DNA of 21,741 nucleotides from Tubiluchus corallicola (lineage: Eukaryota > Animalia > Priapulida). The DNA lies in NCBI GenBank assembly GCA_030141605.1, contig JAQGDQ010002477.1:1-21741 (forward strand). Direction: 5' to 3'. The translations under genes and the position numbers were made by a program. Positions 20,398 to 21,741 of the stretch are shown here, piece by piece (position 1 is the stretch's first letter; each line of letters starts with the position of its first letter). A model generated the notes under the pieces. It saw only the letters and a list, made by a program, of their open reading frames with translations. It was not told the origin of the DNA and made no database searches.

Positions 20398-20616
20398 ATG
20401 AGTGGAAAAATTAGTTTTGAAGTTGACAAATGTAAAGGCTGTTATTTGTGCATACATAGTTGCCCAATAAATATTATATCAGTCTGTAAGGAAATTATTA
20501 ACAAAAAAGGATACAACCCTGTGGAGATATCTAAAGAAAAAGACGGAAAATGTATTGCCTGTGGAAACTGTGCAATAATTTGTCCAGATAGTATTATTAC
20601 TGTGGAAAAGGAGTGA
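20398..20616 (+). CDS. 2[4Fe-4S] ferredoxin (delta subunit of 2-oxoacid:ferredoxin oxidoreductase)
   Basis: CKGCYLCIHSCP and CIACGNCAIICPD. RBS AAGGAG. Confidence 0.93.
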   Translation: MSGKISFEVDKCKGCYLCIHSCPINIISVCKEIINKKGYNPVEISKEKDGKCIACGNCAIICPDSIITVEKE

Positions 20617-20620
20617 TTTT

Positions 20621-21682
20621 ATGGGTAAAATTTTAATGAAAGGAAATGAAGCGGTTTGCAAAGCTGCTATATTAGCAGGGTGTAAGTTCTTTTTTGGATA
20701 TCCTATCACACCTCAAAATGAAATACCAGAGTACATGTCTAGAGAGCTCCCTTTAAATAATGGGGTTTACTTGCAAGCAGAAAGTGAGGTAGCTGCTATA
20801 AACATGGTATTTGGAGCTGCTGGAGCTGGAGGTAGAGTTATGACTTCATCTTCTTCTCCTGGAATTGCTTTAAAACAAGAAGGGATTTCCTATATAACAG
20901 CAGGAGAGCTCCCTTGCTTAATTGTAAGTGTTATGCGAGGAGGGCCTGGACTTGGAGGAATACAACCCTCTCAAGCTGATTATAATCAGTCAACTAGAGG
21001 AGGAGGAAATGGAGACTACTACTTTCCGGTACTTGCTCCATTTAGCATACAAGAGGCTGTGGCATTAGTCCCTTTAGCATATGAAATTGCTGAAAAATAT
21101 AGAACTCCTGTAATGTTACTATATGACGGAGTTTTAGGGCAAATGATGGAACCAGTTACTTTTTCAGATATTCCTGAAGTTGAAATAAAGGATAAACCTT
21201 GGGCTACAGATGGGAAAGGTAATAGTAGAGAGAAAAATGTAATAACAACACTTGATTTAACTGCTCCTAACCTTGAAAAACATGTAAAAAAACTGTCAAA
21301 AAAATTTAAAGAAATGGAACAAAAAGAATGTAGATATGAAGAATATTCTTGTGAAAATGCAGATGTAATTGCTGTAGCTTATGGGACAACTGCTAGGATA
21401 ATGGAAAATGTAATAGACATCCTTAAAGAAAAAAATATTAATATGGGTCTTATAAGACCTATTACACTTTGGCCATATCCATATGAGGTAATAAAAAAGT
21501 ATAGAGATGAAGTAAGTAGTTTTTTAGTTGTTGAAATGAGCGAAGGTCAAATGGTATATGATGTAGAACATGCTGTAGCTGAAAAATGCCCTGTGCACTT
21601 TTATGGTAGAAGTGGAGGAGTTGTTCCTACTCCTGAAGAAATTGCTGATTATTATATTAATTTGATAGGGGGCGAAAAATAA
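20621..21682 (+). CDS. vorB: 2-oxoacid:ferredoxin oxidoreductase alpha subunit (VorB-like, 3-methyl-2-oxobutanoate dehydrogenase)
   Basis: MKGNEA, GYPITPQ, QAESE, TSSSSPG, RGGPGLG.IQP.Q.DY and VEMSEGQM. Confidence 0.88.
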   Translation: MGKILMKGNEAVCKAAILAGCKFFFGYPITPQNEIPEYMSRELPLNNGVYLQAESEVAAINMVFGAAGAGGRVMTSSSSPGIALKQEGISYITAGELPCLIVSVMRGGPGLGGIQPSQADYNQSTRGGGNGDYYFPVLAPFSIQEAVALVPLAYEIAEKYRTPVMLLYDGVLGQMMEPVTFSDIPEVEIKDKPWATDGKGNSREKNVITTLDLTAPNLEKHVKKLSKKFKEMEQKECRYEEYSCENADVIAVAYGTTARIMENVIDILKEKNINMGLIRPITLWPYPYEVIKKYRDEVSSFLVVEMSEGQMVYDVEHAVAEKCPVHFYGRSGGVVPTPEEIADYYINLIGGEK

Positions 21683-21741
21683 TGAGCTTTGTATATAAAA
21701 AAAGTGAAGGTTTAACAAGTAATGAAACTCACTATTGCCCT
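21682..21741 (+). CDS. 2-oxoacid:ferredoxin oxidoreductase beta (TPP-binding) subunit, N-terminus; truncated by window end
   Basis: ATG overlaps the alpha-subunit stop (TAATG). MSFVYKKSEGLTSNETHYCP matches the start of the HYCPGC motif. Confidence 0.8.
   Translation, partial: MSFVYKKSEGLTSNETHYCP

Overview
AT-rich chromosomal window from an anaerobic bacterium. The 5S rRNA sequence and gene style suggest Fusobacteriota (inference). Gene order: ispA (partial); a TlpA-like redox lipoprotein that is very probably a selenoprotein (in-frame UGA in W-U-P-T-C plus a SECIS-like hairpin; the ORF track truncates it); an orphan 5S rRNA with its own consensus promoter; a MATE transporter bracketed by a duplicated 43-bp promoter; tatD-acpS-prfB-gltX-pdxS-pdxT; a convergent radical-SAM gene plus glgBCDA; three hypothetical genes; ridA; and the start of a 2-oxoacid:ferredoxin oxidoreductase operon. 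The most striking observation is that prfB (RF2) lacks the usual CUU-UGA +1 frameshift and instead has an in-frame UGA exactly at a conserved Trp codon. This suggests autoregulation by stop-codon readthrough, so UGA would mean stop, Sec and Trp in one window. Caveat: gltX, glgC and glgD carry indels that look like long-read errors, so the prfB UGA must be verified on reads.
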